A stretch of DNA of 64,000 nt from an uncultured delta proteobacterium (GTDB lineage Bacteria > Myxococcota_A > Polyangia > Polyangiales > Polyangiaceae). The stretch spans positions 4,032,001-4,096,000 of the forward strand of contig CAWAIF010000003.1 in assembly GCA_963782055.1 (NCBI GenBank), written 5' to 3'. A program made the position numbers and the translations under genes. The notes under the pieces were generated by a model, which saw only the letters and a list, made by a program, of their open reading frames with translations, was not told the DNA's origin and made no database searches. Below are positions 18,352 through 28,646 of this stretch, one piece after another; positions within the stretch are counted from its first letter, which is position 1; each line of letters begins with the position of its first letter.

Positions 18352-21184
18352 ATGACGCCCGACGAGAACGCCCCCGCCCCGGACCTCACCAAGCCCTACG
18401 ATCCGGCCCAGGTCGAGTCGCGCTGGTACGCGTTCTGGGAGGAGAGCGGCGTCTTCGAGGCCATCGACGATCCGGCGGACACGCGCCCCGCGTACGTCAT
18501 CCCCATGCCCCCGCCCAACGTGACGGGCTCGCTGCACATGGGCCACGCGCAGCGCTGCACCCTGGAGGACGCGCTCATCCGCTTCCACCGGATGGACGGC
18601 TTCAACACCCTCTGGCAGCCGGGTATCGACCACGCCGGCATCGCCACCCAGACCGTGGTGGAGCGGCAGCTCCAGCGCGAGGGCAAGACGCGCCACGACC
18701 TCGGCCGCGAGGCCTTCGTGGAGCGCGTCTGGAAGTGGAAGGCGAAGAGCGGCGGCCGCATCGCCCTGCAGCAGCGCGTCCTCGGCGCCAGCCCCGACTG
18801 GCGGCGCAGCAAGTTCACCATGGACCCCGACCTGGGCCGCGCGGTGACCGAGGCCTTCGTGCGTCTGTACGACGAGGGCCTGATGTACCGCGACACGCGG
18901 CTCATCAACTGGTGTCCGGAGTGCCGCACCGCCCTCAGCGACCTGGAGGTGGACACCGAGGAGGGCGCCAGCGGTGAGCTCTTCGAGTTCGCCTACAAGG
19001 TGGACGGCACGGACGAGGAGATCGTCGTGGCGACCACCCGCCCGGAGACGATGCTCGGCGACACCGCGGTGGCCGTCCACCCGGATGATGCAAGATACAC
19101 GCATCTCCACGGCAAGCTCCTGGTGCACCCCTTCGTGGATCGCAAGGTGCCCGTCATCACCGACGCCATCCTGGTCGACCCCAAGTTCGGCACCGGCGCG
19201 GTGAAGGTGACGCCCGCGCACGACTTCAACGACTTCGCGACGGGCAAGCGCCACAAGCTGGAGGAGATCAGCATCTTCAACCTGGACGGCACCCTCAACG
19301 ACAGCGCGGGCCCTTTCGCCGGCCTGGACCGCAAGAAGGCGCGCGGCGCGGTGAAGAAGGCCCTCGACGAGAAGGGCCTCGCGCGCGGGACCAAGCCGCA
19401 CAAGCTCACCCTGCCGCGCTGCCAGCGCTCCGGCGGCGTGGTGGAGCCGATGATCTCCACCCAGTGGTTCCTCAGGATGAAGGGCATGGCCGATGCCGCG
19501 CTCGAGGCGGTGCACTCCGGGCGCGTGCAGGTGATCCCGCCGGAGTGGGTCAAGACCTACGACCACTTCCTGGAGAACATCCAGGACTGGTGCGTGAGCC
19601 GGCAGCTCTGGTGGGGCCACCAGAATCCCCGCCTGGCACGGCCCCGACGGCGCCATCCGCGTCGCGCGCGAGCGCCCGCCGGGCTGCACCCAGGAGGCCG
19701 GCTGGACGCAGGACCCCGACGTGCTCGACACCTGGTTCTCCAGCGCGCTCTGGCCCTTCTCCACCCTCGGCTGGCCGGACAGGACGCCCGCCCTCGCCAA
19801 GTTCTACCCGACCAACCCGGAGCAGACGAGCGACCTGGAGACGGGCTACGACATCCTCTTCTTCTGGGTCGCGCGCATGATCATGTTCGGCCTGCACTTC
19901 ACCGGCGAGGTGCCCTTCCGGCGCGTGCTGCTCAGCGGGCTCATCGTCGACGAGACCGGCGACAAGATGAGCAAGGTGAAGGGCAACGTGATCGACCCGC
20001 TGGATCTGATCCGCGGGACCACCTTCGCCGAGATGGTGAAGAAGACCCTCCCCGGCGCGCCGGAGAAGGAGGCGCTCGCCAAGTTCAAGAAGGCGTACCC
20101 GTCGGCCGCGTCGATGGGCGCCGGCTTCCCCGCCTTCGGGGCGGACGCGGTGCGCTTCACCCTCGCGACGTACCCGCCGAGCAACATGCGCATCGCCCTG
20201 GCGCCCAGGCGCATCGAGGGCAACCGCCACTTCCTGAACAAGGTGTGGAACGCGACGCGCCTGTCGCTGGAGCTGCTGGGCGACTTCTCGCCGCCCGCCG
20301 GCGTGCCGGCGCCCGAGGACGTGTACGACAGGTGGATCCTCGCCCGCCTCCACGACGCCGTCGTCACCGTGCGCCGCGGCATGGGGAGCTTCCGCATCGA
20401 CGAGGCGGCCAACGAGCTGTACCGCTTCTTCTGGTACGACTTCTGCGACTGGTACCTCGAGCTGGTGAAGCCGGTGCTGCGCGAGCCGGCCAGCCACGAC
20501 GCGGCGCGCGTCGCCGCGACGAAGGGCACGCTCCTCTTCGTGCTGGACTCCAGCCTGCGCCTGCTCCACCCCTTCGTGCCCTTCGTCACCGAGGAGCTGT
20601 GGCAGCGCCTGCCCGGGACGAAGCCGGCGAAGTCCATCGCGCTCTGCGAGTACCCCGACGCGGAGGCGATCCCCCGCGACGAGGCCGTGCTCGGGCTCAT
20701 GGCGACGTTCCAGGCGGTGGTGAGCGCCGCGCGCACCATCCGGAGCGAGCACGAGGTGAAGCCCGGCGACGAGGTGCCGCTGCGGCTGCGCGCGTCTGCG
20801 GACGCCGCGCTCGCCTTCGCGAAGGCGCGCGCCGCCACCATCAAGGTGCTGGTGAAGACGGTGGGCAATCCCGTCTTCGAGCCGACGGGTGGCCCGCGCC
20901 CGGCCGGGTCGATGACCGGCGTCGTCCCCTCTCCCGACGGCCCCATCGAGGTGCTCGTCGGCCTCAAGGGCCTGGTGACGAAGGACGCCGAGCTCGCCCG
21001 CATCGACCGCGAGCTGAAGAAGCTGGACAAGGACCTCGCCGCCATCGACAAAAAGCTCGGCTCCCCCGCCTTCGTCGACAAGGCACCGAAGGAGGTCGTG
21101 GAGGAAGCGCGGGAGCAGAGGAAGCGCATCGAGGAGGCCAAGGCCCGCCTCGTGGAGGCGCGCGGCCTGGCCGAGGAACTGTAG
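18352..21184 (+). CDS. valS: Valine--tRNA ligase; +1 frameshift at about 19624 in this sequence
   Basis: PPPNVTGSLHMGH, DWCVSRQLWWGHQ then (new frame) IPAW, DVLDTWFSS, KMSK, C-terminal coiled coil. Confidence 0.96.
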
Positions 21185-21242
21185 TCGCGGGCACGCGTTC
21201 GTTGCTGCGTTCGAGACGGAAAAGCGAGTAGAGTCTGGGGCC

Positions 21243-22724
21243 ATGTCGCAACTGGCTTCGGGGGAAGAGGCTGCGCTCCGAGCCGCGCTCGACTGGTTGA
21301 AACGCTCCCCGGACGTCCGCTACGCGGAGGTCCGCTTCGTCGGCGAGTCGCGCGAGAAGCTGCGCGTGCGCGACGGGCGCCCCGAGCAGGTGACCGGCGG
21401 CGGAACGCGCGGCGTCGGCGTGCGGGTCCTCGGCGCGCGCACCTGGGGCTTCGCCTGCACCCCGGACGTGACGGAGGCCGCCGTCCTCGCCGCCGCCGAG
21501 CGCGCGGTGCGGATCGCGAAGGCCTCCGGCGCCGTCGCGCGGGAGGCGGTCGTCTTCCCGGAGCAGGCCGCCGCGCGCGGCACGTACGCGACCGCGCTCG
21601 AGATCGACCCCTTCGGCGTCTCGCTGGAGGACAAGCTCGCCGAGCTGGACCGCCCGGTGCGCGCCATGCTCGCGCGCGGCAAGCCGGTGCAGTCGGCCGA
21701 GGCGTGGATGGAGTGGGTGAAGACGGCGAAGCGCCTGCTCACCACCGAGGGCACCGACGTCGCCCAGGACTTCGTCTACGGCGGCTGCGGCATGCACGTC
21801 TTCGCCCTCGGCGACGACGGCGTCGCGCAGCGCCGCAGCTACCCGAGCTGGCAGGGCTGCGACGGCTTCCAGGGCGGCTACGAGCACGTCGCCACCCTGG
21901 CCCTGGGCGATCACACCGAGCGCCTCGCCGAGGAGGCGGTCGCGCTCCTCACCGCGCCCCCCTGCCCCTCCGGCACGCGCAATCTCATCCTGGACGCCAG
22001 CCAGGTCGCCCTGCAGATCCACGAGTCGTGCGGCCACCCGACGGAGCTGGACCGCGCCCTCGGCTCGGAGATCTCCCTCGCCGGCGGCTCCTTCATGCAG
22101 CCGTCGATGCTCGGCAAGCTGCGCTACGGCTCGGAGGCGGTGACCATCGTCGCCGACTCCACCTCACCGGGCGGCATGGGCACCTTCGGCTGGGACGACG
22201 AGGGCGTCGCCGCGGGCAAGCACCCGCTGGTCGAGCGCGGCCTGTTCGTCGACTACCTCTCCAGCCGCGAGACCGCCGCCGCCCTCGGCCGTCCGTCCAC
22301 CGGCACCATGCGCGCGGAGGGCTGGAACCGCACGCCGCTCATCCGCATGGTCAACGTCTCCATCGAGCCGGGCAAGGGCACGCTCGACGAGCTCATCGCC
22401 GACACGCAGGACGGCGTCTACATGGAGGTCGACAAGAGCTGGAGCATCGACGACCTGCGCCTCAACTTCCAGTTCTCCTGCGAGGCGGCGTGGGAGATCA
22501 AGGGCGGCAAGAAGACGCGCCTGCTCCGCGATCCGCGCTACACCGGCATCACCCCGGAGTTCTGGCGCTCCTGCGACGCCGTCTGCGGCGAGAAGGACTG
22601 GAAGCTCTTCGGCCTGGCCACCTGCGGCAAGGGCGACCCGATGCAGATCATGCAAGTGGGCCACGGCGCGTCGCCGGCGCGATTCCGCAAGGTGAGCCTC
22701 GGCAACACCGGGAGGAACGCGTGA
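21243..22724 (+). CDS. tldD: TldD-family metalloprotease (second type)
   Basis: QIHESCGHPTELDR, GWDDEGV, RMVNVS, CGKGDPMQ. Confidence 0.92.
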   Translation: MSQLASGEEAALRAALDWLKRSPDVRYAEVRFVGESREKLRVRDGRPEQVTGGGTRGVGVRVLGARTWGFACTPDVTEAAVLAAAERAVRIAKASGAVAREAVVFPEQAAARGTYATALEIDPFGVSLEDKLAELDRPVRAMLARGKPVQSAEAWMEWVKTAKRLLTTEGTDVAQDFVYGGCGMHVFALGDDGVAQRRSYPSWQGCDGFQGGYEHVATLALGDHTERLAEEAVALLTAPPCPSGTRNLILDASQVALQIHESCGHPTELDRALGSEISLAGGSFMQPSMLGKLRYGSEAVTIVADSTSPGGMGTFGWDDEGVAAGKHPLVERGLFVDYLSSRETAAALGRPSTGTMRAEGWNRTPLIRMVNVSIEPGKGTLDELIADTQDGVYMEVDKSWSIDDLRLNFQFSCEAAWEIKGGKKTRLLRDPRYTGITPEFWRSCDAVCGEKDWKLFGLATCGKGDPMQIMQVGHGASPARFRKVSLGNTGRNA

Positions 22725-24124
22725 GCGGCCGGGAGGACGGGGCCGTGAAGGGCGCCGCGCTGCTCGACCTCTGCAAGGAGGCGCTGCGCGCCGCCGGCGA
22801 GGCCGACGCCGAGGTCTTCGCCAGCAACAAGACGCGTGGCTGCGCGCGCTTCGCCATCGGCGAGCTGGGGCAGCACATGGACATCCGCGATCCGAAGGTG
22901 GTCGTGCGGGTCGCCCGCGGCGCGCGCGTCGCCGAGGCGCGCACCAGTCAGCTGGAGGTCGGGGCCATCACCCAGGCGCTGCGCGACGCGGCCGCGGCCG
23001 CGCGCTTCGTCCCGGAGACGGAGGGCTTCCCCGGCTTCGCCGGCAAGGGCGAGCCGCACGCCGCGCCCCCGCGCTTCGACGAGGCGACCGCGGCGGCCAC
23101 GCCCGAGCAGCGCGCCGAGATGCTCGCGCCCGTGCTGCGGTCCATCCGCGACGCGGGGTTCGTGAGCGCGGGCATGCTGGAGACGACGACGGCGGCCTAC
23201 GCGGTCGCGACGACGGCGGGGTGCGCGCGCAGCCACGACGCCACCCAGTCCAGCTTCAAGGTCTGGGCGCTCGAGACCGCCGGCGCCGGCGGCTCCGCCG
23301 GCTTCGGCACCCACATGGACCGGAGCGTCGCGCGGCTGCACGTCGCCGAGGAGACCGAGCGCGCCATCCGCATGTGCCGCCTCGGCCTGAAGCCCGGCGA
23401 GATGGACGAGGGCACCTACGACGTGGTGATGGAGCCGGCGGCCGTTGCCGAGCTGCTGGAGTGGCTCTCGGCGATCGCCTTCGGCGCGCCGGAGGTGGAG
23501 CAGGGCGGCAGCCCGATGCGCCTGGGCGAGACGATCACGGGCGAGGGCGTCACGCTGGCGGAGGACCCCCTCGACGGGGGCGAGACCGGCTTCGGCGTCC
23601 CCTTCGACCGCGAGGGCACGCCCCGCGCGCGCGTCCCCCTCATCGAGCGCGGCGTGGCGAAGGCCATCCTCTACGACCGCACGTACGCCGCGCGCCGCGG
23701 CACCCTCTCCACGGGCAGCGCCCTCGCCGACAACGAGTTCAGCTCGGTGGGCGCCGGCGCATTGCACCTGGCCGGCGGCGAGGCCGGGGGCGTCGACGAG
23801 CTCATCGCCGGCATCGACCGCGGCCTCTACGTGTGCCGCCTCCACTACGTCAACGGCCTGCTGGAGACCCCGCGCGCGGTCATGACCGGCCTCACGCGCG
23901 ACGGCTGCTTCCTCGTGGAGAAGGGCAAGATCGTGCGCGGCCTGGGCAACATGCGCTTCACCGACAGCTTCCTCGAGGGCCTCGCGCGGTGCGACGGCAT
24001 GACGCGCGCGTGCCGCGCCATCCCCACATGGTGGACCGACATCGGCGCGGTGGTCGCGCCCGCCATCCGCATGCGCGCCTTCCGCTTCAACGGCCGGAGC
24101 CAGAGGCCGGCCTCCCTCGCGTGA
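22721..24124 (+). CDS. TldE/PmbA-family non-catalytic partner
   Basis: PFDREG, TGLTRDG, NMRF; no HExxxH; GTGA overlap with tldD and GGAGG RBS. Confidence 0.9.
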   Translation: MSGREDGAVKGAALLDLCKEALRAAGEADAEVFASNKTRGCARFAIGELGQHMDIRDPKVVVRVARGARVAEARTSQLEVGAITQALRDAAAAARFVPETEGFPGFAGKGEPHAAPPRFDEATAAATPEQRAEMLAPVLRSIRDAGFVSAGMLETTTAAYAVATTAGCARSHDATQSSFKVWALETAGAGGSAGFGTHMDRSVARLHVAEETERAIRMCRLGLKPGEMDEGTYDVVMEPAAVAELLEWLSAIAFGAPEVEQGGSPMRLGETITGEGVTLAEDPLDGGETGFGVPFDREGTPRARVPLIERGVAKAILYDRTYAARRGTLSTGSALADNEFSSVGAGALHLAGGEAGGVDELIAGIDRGLYVCRLHYVNGLLETPRAVMTGLTRDGCFLVEKGKIVRGLGNMRFTDSFLEGLARCDGMTRACRAIPTWWTDIGAVVAPAIRMRAFRFNGRSQRPASLA

Positions 24125-25806
24125 CCGCCGAGGCGCGCGCCGGCTCGACGTCGCCCACGGGGGCGCCGTACGAGGAGGCCCTTGCGCGGCTCGCCGCGCA
24201 CAAGGACGCGTGGGTGCGCGCGCCCATGCCGGAGCGGCTCGCCCTCATCGCCCGCTGCCGCGATCGCCTCGCCGCCGTCGCGGAGGAGTGGGTGCGCGCG
24301 GGATGCGCGGTCAAGGGCATCGACCCGGCCTCGACGCTCGCCGGCGAGGAGTGGCTCGCCGGCCCGGTGCCGGTGATGCGCAACCTGCGCCTGCTCGCCC
24401 GCGCGATGAAGGCCGGCGGCACGCCGCGCGCGCCCTGGCTGTCACGCCGGCCGGACGGCCAGGTCGTCGCCCGCGTCTTCCCCGACGCCGCCCTCGATCG
24501 CCTCATGCTCCCCGGCGTCCGCGCCGAGGTGTGGATGCAGCCCGGGAAGACCGCCTCGCAGGGCGCGGCCTACCGATCCCCGCCGCCCGGCCGCGTCTGC
24601 CTGGTGCTCGGCGGCGGCAACGTCTCCAGCATCGGGCCGATGGATGTACTCACCAAGCTCTTCGTCGAGCTGCAGGTGGTCGTCCTGAAGGTCCACCCGG
24701 TGCAGGACCCGCTCGCCGCGCACGTCGAGGTCGCCCTCTCCCCGCTGGTGGAGGCGGGCCTGCTCGCGGTGGTGCGTGGCGGCGTGGAGGTGGGCGCCGC
24801 GCTGGCCGGCCATCCCCTGGTCGACACGCTGCACGTCACCGGATCGGATCGCACCTACGACGCCATCGTCTGGGGCCCGCCGGAGGAGCAGGCGGCGCGC
24901 AAGGCGGAGGGCCGCCGGGCCAACGAGCGCCCCTTCTCGGCCGAGCTGGGGTGCGTCACGCCGGTGCTCGTCGTCCCCGGCCCGTGGTCGGCGCCCGACA
25001 TGGACTTCCAGGCGCGGCAGGTGGCCGGCATGGTGGTGCAGAACGCGAGCTTCAACTGCAACGCCGCGAAGGTCGTCGTCGTGGCGAAGGGCTGGCCGCA
25101 GCGCGAGGCCTTCCTGGGCCTGCTGGAGAAGCACCTCCGGGCGGCCGCCCCGCGGCGCGCGTACTACCCCGGCGCGCGGGAGCGCTGGAGCGCGCTCGTC
25201 GACCGCTACCCTGGCGCCGCGGTGCTCGGCCAGGACGGGGGCGGCGAGAGCGACGTGCCGTGGACCATCCTTCGTGACGTGCCCCCGCGCGCGGGCGAGC
25301 CCGCCCTCGAGCGCGAGTCCTTCTGCGGTGTCGTCGCCACCACCACGCTGGACGCGACGTCGCCGGTGGAGTTTCTCTCCCGCGCCGTCCCCTTCGCCAA
25401 CGACGTCTGCTGGGGCAACCTCTCCTGCGCGATGCTCGTGCACCCCACGACGCACGAGGACCACGAGGTGGAGGTGGACCGCGCGGTGGCGGAGCTGCGC
25501 TTCGGTGGCGTCGCGGTCAACGCCTGGCCCGCCCTTCTCTATGCGCTCGGCTCCACCACCTGGGGCGCCTTCCCCGGCAACCCGCCCGAGGACATCCGGA
25601 GCGGGGTCGGCGTCGTGCACGACGCCATGCTCTTCGACCACCCGCAGAAGAGCGTCGCCTACGCGCCGTTCCGCGCCAGCCCCAAGCCGGCGTGGTTCCC
25701 CGACCACCGCAGCCTGGATCGCCTCGGCCGCGCCCTCTTCGCCTACGAGACACGCCCCTCGCTCGGCGCGCTGGGCAAGCTCGCCCTGGCGGCCATGCGC
25801 GGATGA
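24121..25806 (+). CDS. Aldehyde dehydrogenase family protein
   Basis: LGGGN, HVTGS, AELGCVTP (Glu), NASFNCNA (Cys), ESF. Confidence 0.88.
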   Translation: MTAEARAGSTSPTGAPYEEALARLAAHKDAWVRAPMPERLALIARCRDRLAAVAEEWVRAGCAVKGIDPASTLAGEEWLAGPVPVMRNLRLLARAMKAGGTPRAPWLSRRPDGQVVARVFPDAALDRLMLPGVRAEVWMQPGKTASQGAAYRSPPPGRVCLVLGGGNVSSIGPMDVLTKLFVELQVVVLKVHPVQDPLAAHVEVALSPLVEAGLLAVVRGGVEVGAALAGHPLVDTLHVTGSDRTYDAIVWGPPEEQAARKAEGRRANERPFSAELGCVTPVLVVPGPWSAPDMDFQARQVAGMVVQNASFNCNAAKVVVVAKGWPQREAFLGLLEKHLRAAAPRRAYYPGARERWSALVDRYPGAAVLGQDGGGESDVPWTILRDVPPRAGEPALERESFCGVVATTTLDATSPVEFLSRAVPFANDVCWGNLSCAMLVHPTTHEDHEVEVDRAVAELRFGGVAVNAWPALLYALGSTTWGAFPGNPPEDIRSGVGVVHDAMLFDHPQKSVAYAPFRASPKPAWFPDHRSLDRLGRALFAYETRPSLGALGKLALAAMRG

Positions 25807-26456
25807 GGGCCGCGGTGCCGGTCCGCCGTCGCAAGAAGGTGCGCACCGTCGCCGTCGCCGGCACCATCGGCGCGGGCAAGACCTCCCTCGTGCAGTGGCT
25901 CGTCAAGCGCTACGGACTCGAGCCCTTCTACGAGCCCAACGAGGACAACCCCTACCTCGCCGACTTCTACCGCGACATGAAGCGCTGGGCGCTGCACTCG
26001 CAGCTCTTCTTTCTCGCGCACAAGCTGGAGCTCCACCAGCGCCTGGAGGCGGCGAAGGGTCCGGCGGTCATCGACCGCACCATCTACGAGGACGCGGAGA
26101 TCTTCGCGCGCAACCTCCACGCGCAGCGCCGCATGGACTCGCGCGACTTCGCCGTGTACATGCGCCTCTACGAGGGCATCAAGCGCAGCCTCCGACCGCC
26201 CGACCTGCTCATCGCCCTCTCCTGCTCGCTGCGCACGGCGAAGAAGCGCATCCGCAAGCGCGGCCGGTCGATGGAACAGGCCATCCCCGACGCCTACCTG
26301 CGGCGGCTGCATCGCCTCTACGACGACTGGTTCGATCGCTACGACCTCTCCCCGGTCATCCGCATCCGCACCGACGACATGGACTACGTCGAGGACCTCA
26401 TCGCCCTGCTCGAGCTGCAGCAGACGCTCGACGCCGTCCTTCAGAAGGTGCGGTAG
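25803..26456 (+). CDS. Deoxynucleoside kinase
   Basis: GTIGAGKTS P-loop, NPYLADFY, DRTIYED, RIRKRGR. Confidence 0.93.
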   Translation: MRAAVPVRRRKKVRTVAVAGTIGAGKTSLVQWLVKRYGLEPFYEPNEDNPYLADFYRDMKRWALHSQLFFLAHKLELHQRLEAAKGPAVIDRTIYEDAEIFARNLHAQRRMDSRDFAVYMRLYEGIKRSLRPPDLLIALSCSLRTAKKRIRKRGRSMEQAIPDAYLRRLHRLYDDWFDRYDLSPVIRIRTDDMDYVEDLIALLELQQTLDAVLQKVR

Positions 26457-26884
26457 GACGCCACCGCCGTGCCGAGCGCCGCGGTGGCGAGGGCGAGCGC
26501 GGCGGACGCGACGAACGCCCGGTGCGCGATGCGGCGGATCTGCGGGCGCTTCTCCGGCGCCGGGCGCGCCGCCAGGTAGGCGATCGCGCCGGCCCAGGCG
26601 AGCAGCAGCGCGCCGAACGCCAGGTGCTCCTTGCGCTCGAAGAGGTACCCGACCGAGGGTGCGTGCTGGAAGATCGGCGTCTTCACCTTCTCCCGGTAGT
26701 CCTTGTAGAGCAGCGCGCCGATGGCGAAGACCAGGGTGACGCCGCCGGTGGAGAGGCCCACGGCGAGGTCGGCCTTGCGCTTCGGCTTCCGCAGCACCCA
26801 GGCCGGGTGGCAAAGCAGCGCCGCAGCGAGCCACCCTGCGTGCCCATGGATGTGCTCGGCCAGCCGCAACGCCTCGGAAGACAC
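26441..26884 (-). CDS. Four-helix membrane protein with conserved-looking His residues
   Basis: HIHGH, CHPA, FERKEH, IAHR within or next to hydrophobic helices; start uncertain. Confidence 0.7.
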   Translation of the reverse strand: MSSEALRLAEHIHGHAGWLAAALLCHPAWVLRKPKRKADLAVGLSTGGVTLVFAIGALLYKDYREKVKTPIFQHAPSVGYLFERKEHLAFGALLLAWAGAIAYLAARPAPEKRPQIRRIAHRAFVASAALALATAALGTAVASYRTF

Positions 26885-27022
26885 GCCGGGGGTTGTAGCA
26901 CCTCCCCTCCGCCCTCCAGGCTGCTCCCGTGGAAGATGGGGCAATATGCCTCGGTCCGGGGCGCGCATCCCACTGCGAGCATGCTCGCAGTGAGCCGCTG
27001 GCGGGCGTTTCCGGGAGGCGGT

Positions 27023-27099
27023 GGGCCTCCGGCCAGGAGGTACGGGCCTTGCTCAGGAGGCCGTCGCGGTACGATTTTCCCACAAATTAGCCAAAATCG
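27023..27099. promoter_or_regulatory. Tandem GGGCCT...CAGGAGG repeats and CGATTTT-N14-AAAATCG inverted repeat in a divergent promoter region
   Basis: Units at 27023-27040 and 27044-27060; inverted repeat at 27072-27099. Confidence 0.45.
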
Positions 27100-27171
27100 G
27101 ACCGAGGACCGCGATCAAGTGCCCTGCCGGGCCTCCCGGTTTGAGGCACACTGCCCCAGAAGCCCAAAACC

Positions 27172-28602
27172 ATGCAAACGACTCCCATCTCCGCGACCAC
27201 CAAGGGCCGCGTGCTCCTGCTCGAAGACGACGACACCCTCGCGAGCCTCCTCGCCCGCGTGCTCCGGACCGACGGCTACCAGGTCGAGGTGCTGGAATCC
27301 GGCGAGGCGCTGCCCCAGCCGGCCAAGGTGAGCAGCTTCGACGTCGTGCTCTCCGACATCCACCTCGCCGGCAAGGCGACAGGCCACGACGTGCTGCGGA
27401 AGGTCCGCGAGGCGAACCCCACCATGCCCGTCATCCTGATGACCGCCTACGCCGACATCGAAGGCGCCATGAGCGCGGTGAGCCAGGGCGCCTACGACTA
27501 CCTCGCCAAGCCCATCGAGCCGAACGAGCTGCGCCGCATGCTGGGCGAAGCGATCGGCCGCCGCCGCCTGGCAGAGGTCAAGAAGCCCAACCACGACCCG
27601 CGCGAGGCCGCCGCCGGCGAGACGCAGATCGTCGGCGCCGCCCCGGCGATGATCGAGGTCTACAAGACGGTCGCGCAGGTCGCCCCGACGACGGCCACCG
27701 TGCTCATCGTCGGCGAGAGCGGCACGGGCAAGGAGCTCGTCGCGCGCGCCATCCACGCCAAGTCGCCCCGAGCGGGCAAGCCCTTCGTCGCGGTCAACTG
27801 CGCCGCGCTGCCGGAGTCCATCCTGGAGAGCGAGCTCTTCGGGCACGAGAAGGGCTCCTTCACCGGCGCGACCGGCGCCAAGCGCGGCCTCTTCGAGGAG
27901 GCCACCGGCGGCACGCTCTTCCTCGACGAAGTGGGAGACATCTCCCCCAAGATGCAGGTCCAGCTCCTGCGCGTGCTGCAGGAGGGTGAGATCCGCCGCG
28001 TGGGCGGCGGCGAGACGGTGAAGGTCGACGTTCGCGTCGTCGCCGCCACCAACCGCGACCTCAAGGCGGACGTGGCCGCCGGCCGCTTCCGGGAGGACCT
28101 CTTCTTCCGGCTCCAGGTCGTGCAGGTGCGCGTTCCCCCGCTGCGCGAGCGCAAGCAGGACATCAAGCTGCTGGTGCAGCACTTCCTCGCCAAGCACGCC
28201 GAGCGGCAGAAGCGCCCGGTGCCCAACGTCGCGCCGGAGGCGATCGAGGCGCTCGAGGCCTACGCCTTCCCGGGCAACGTCCGCGAGCTGGCGCACGTCG
28301 TCGAGCGCGCGCTGCTCCTCGCGCGCGAGGGTGTGATCACCGCGAGCGATCTGCCGCGCGAGATCGTCAGCGGCGGGAAGGCCTCCACCACCGGGATGTC
28401 CGCCCTCGCGGACGACTGGCCCACCCTCGCCGTGGTGGAGCGCCGCTACATCGACCGCGTGCTGGCGCGCACCGGCGGCAACAAGACGCGCGCCGCGGAG
28501 GTGCTGGGCATCGACCGCCGCACGCTCAACCGCATGTTCGCGCGCGAGCGCGCCGCCGCCGCCGCCAAGGCGCAGAACGGCGGCGCCGAGGCCGAGGCCT
28601 GA
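27172..28602 (+). CDS. Sigma54-dependent NtrC/AtoC-family response regulator
   Basis: Receiver, GESGTGKE, ELFGHEKGSFTGA, FPGNVREL, Fis-type HTH. Confidence 0.96.
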   Translation: MQTTPISATTKGRVLLLEDDDTLASLLARVLRTDGYQVEVLESGEALPQPAKVSSFDVVLSDIHLAGKATGHDVLRKVREANPTMPVILMTAYADIEGAMSAVSQGAYDYLAKPIEPNELRRMLGEAIGRRRLAEVKKPNHDPREAAAGETQIVGAAPAMIEVYKTVAQVAPTTATVLIVGESGTGKELVARAIHAKSPRAGKPFVAVNCAALPESILESELFGHEKGSFTGATGAKRGLFEEATGGTLFLDEVGDISPKMQVQLLRVLQEGEIRRVGGGETVKVDVRVVAATNRDLKADVAAGRFREDLFFRLQVVQVRVPPLRERKQDIKLLVQHFLAKHAERQKRPVPNVAPEAIEALEAYAFPGNVRELAHVVERALLLAREGVITASDLPREIVSGGKASTTGMSALADDWPTLAVVERRYIDRVLARTGGNKTRAAEVLGIDRRTLNRMFARERAAAAAKAQNGGAEAEA

Positions 28603-28608
28603 CCGACC

Positions 28609-28640
28609 CGGGCATCCCGGGCTCCGGCCCGGGGTGCCCG
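28609..28640. terminator. GC-rich hairpin between convergent genes
   Basis: CGGGCATCCCGGGC-TCCG-GCCCGGGGTGCCCG; no U-tract. Confidence 0.55.
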
Positions 28641-28646
28641 CGCCTC

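Noticed and set aside
18352..21184. Calling valS (and hrcA) pseudogenes
   Set aside because: Single identical 1-bp lesion, no other decay, and valS is essential; a sequencing artefact is more likely
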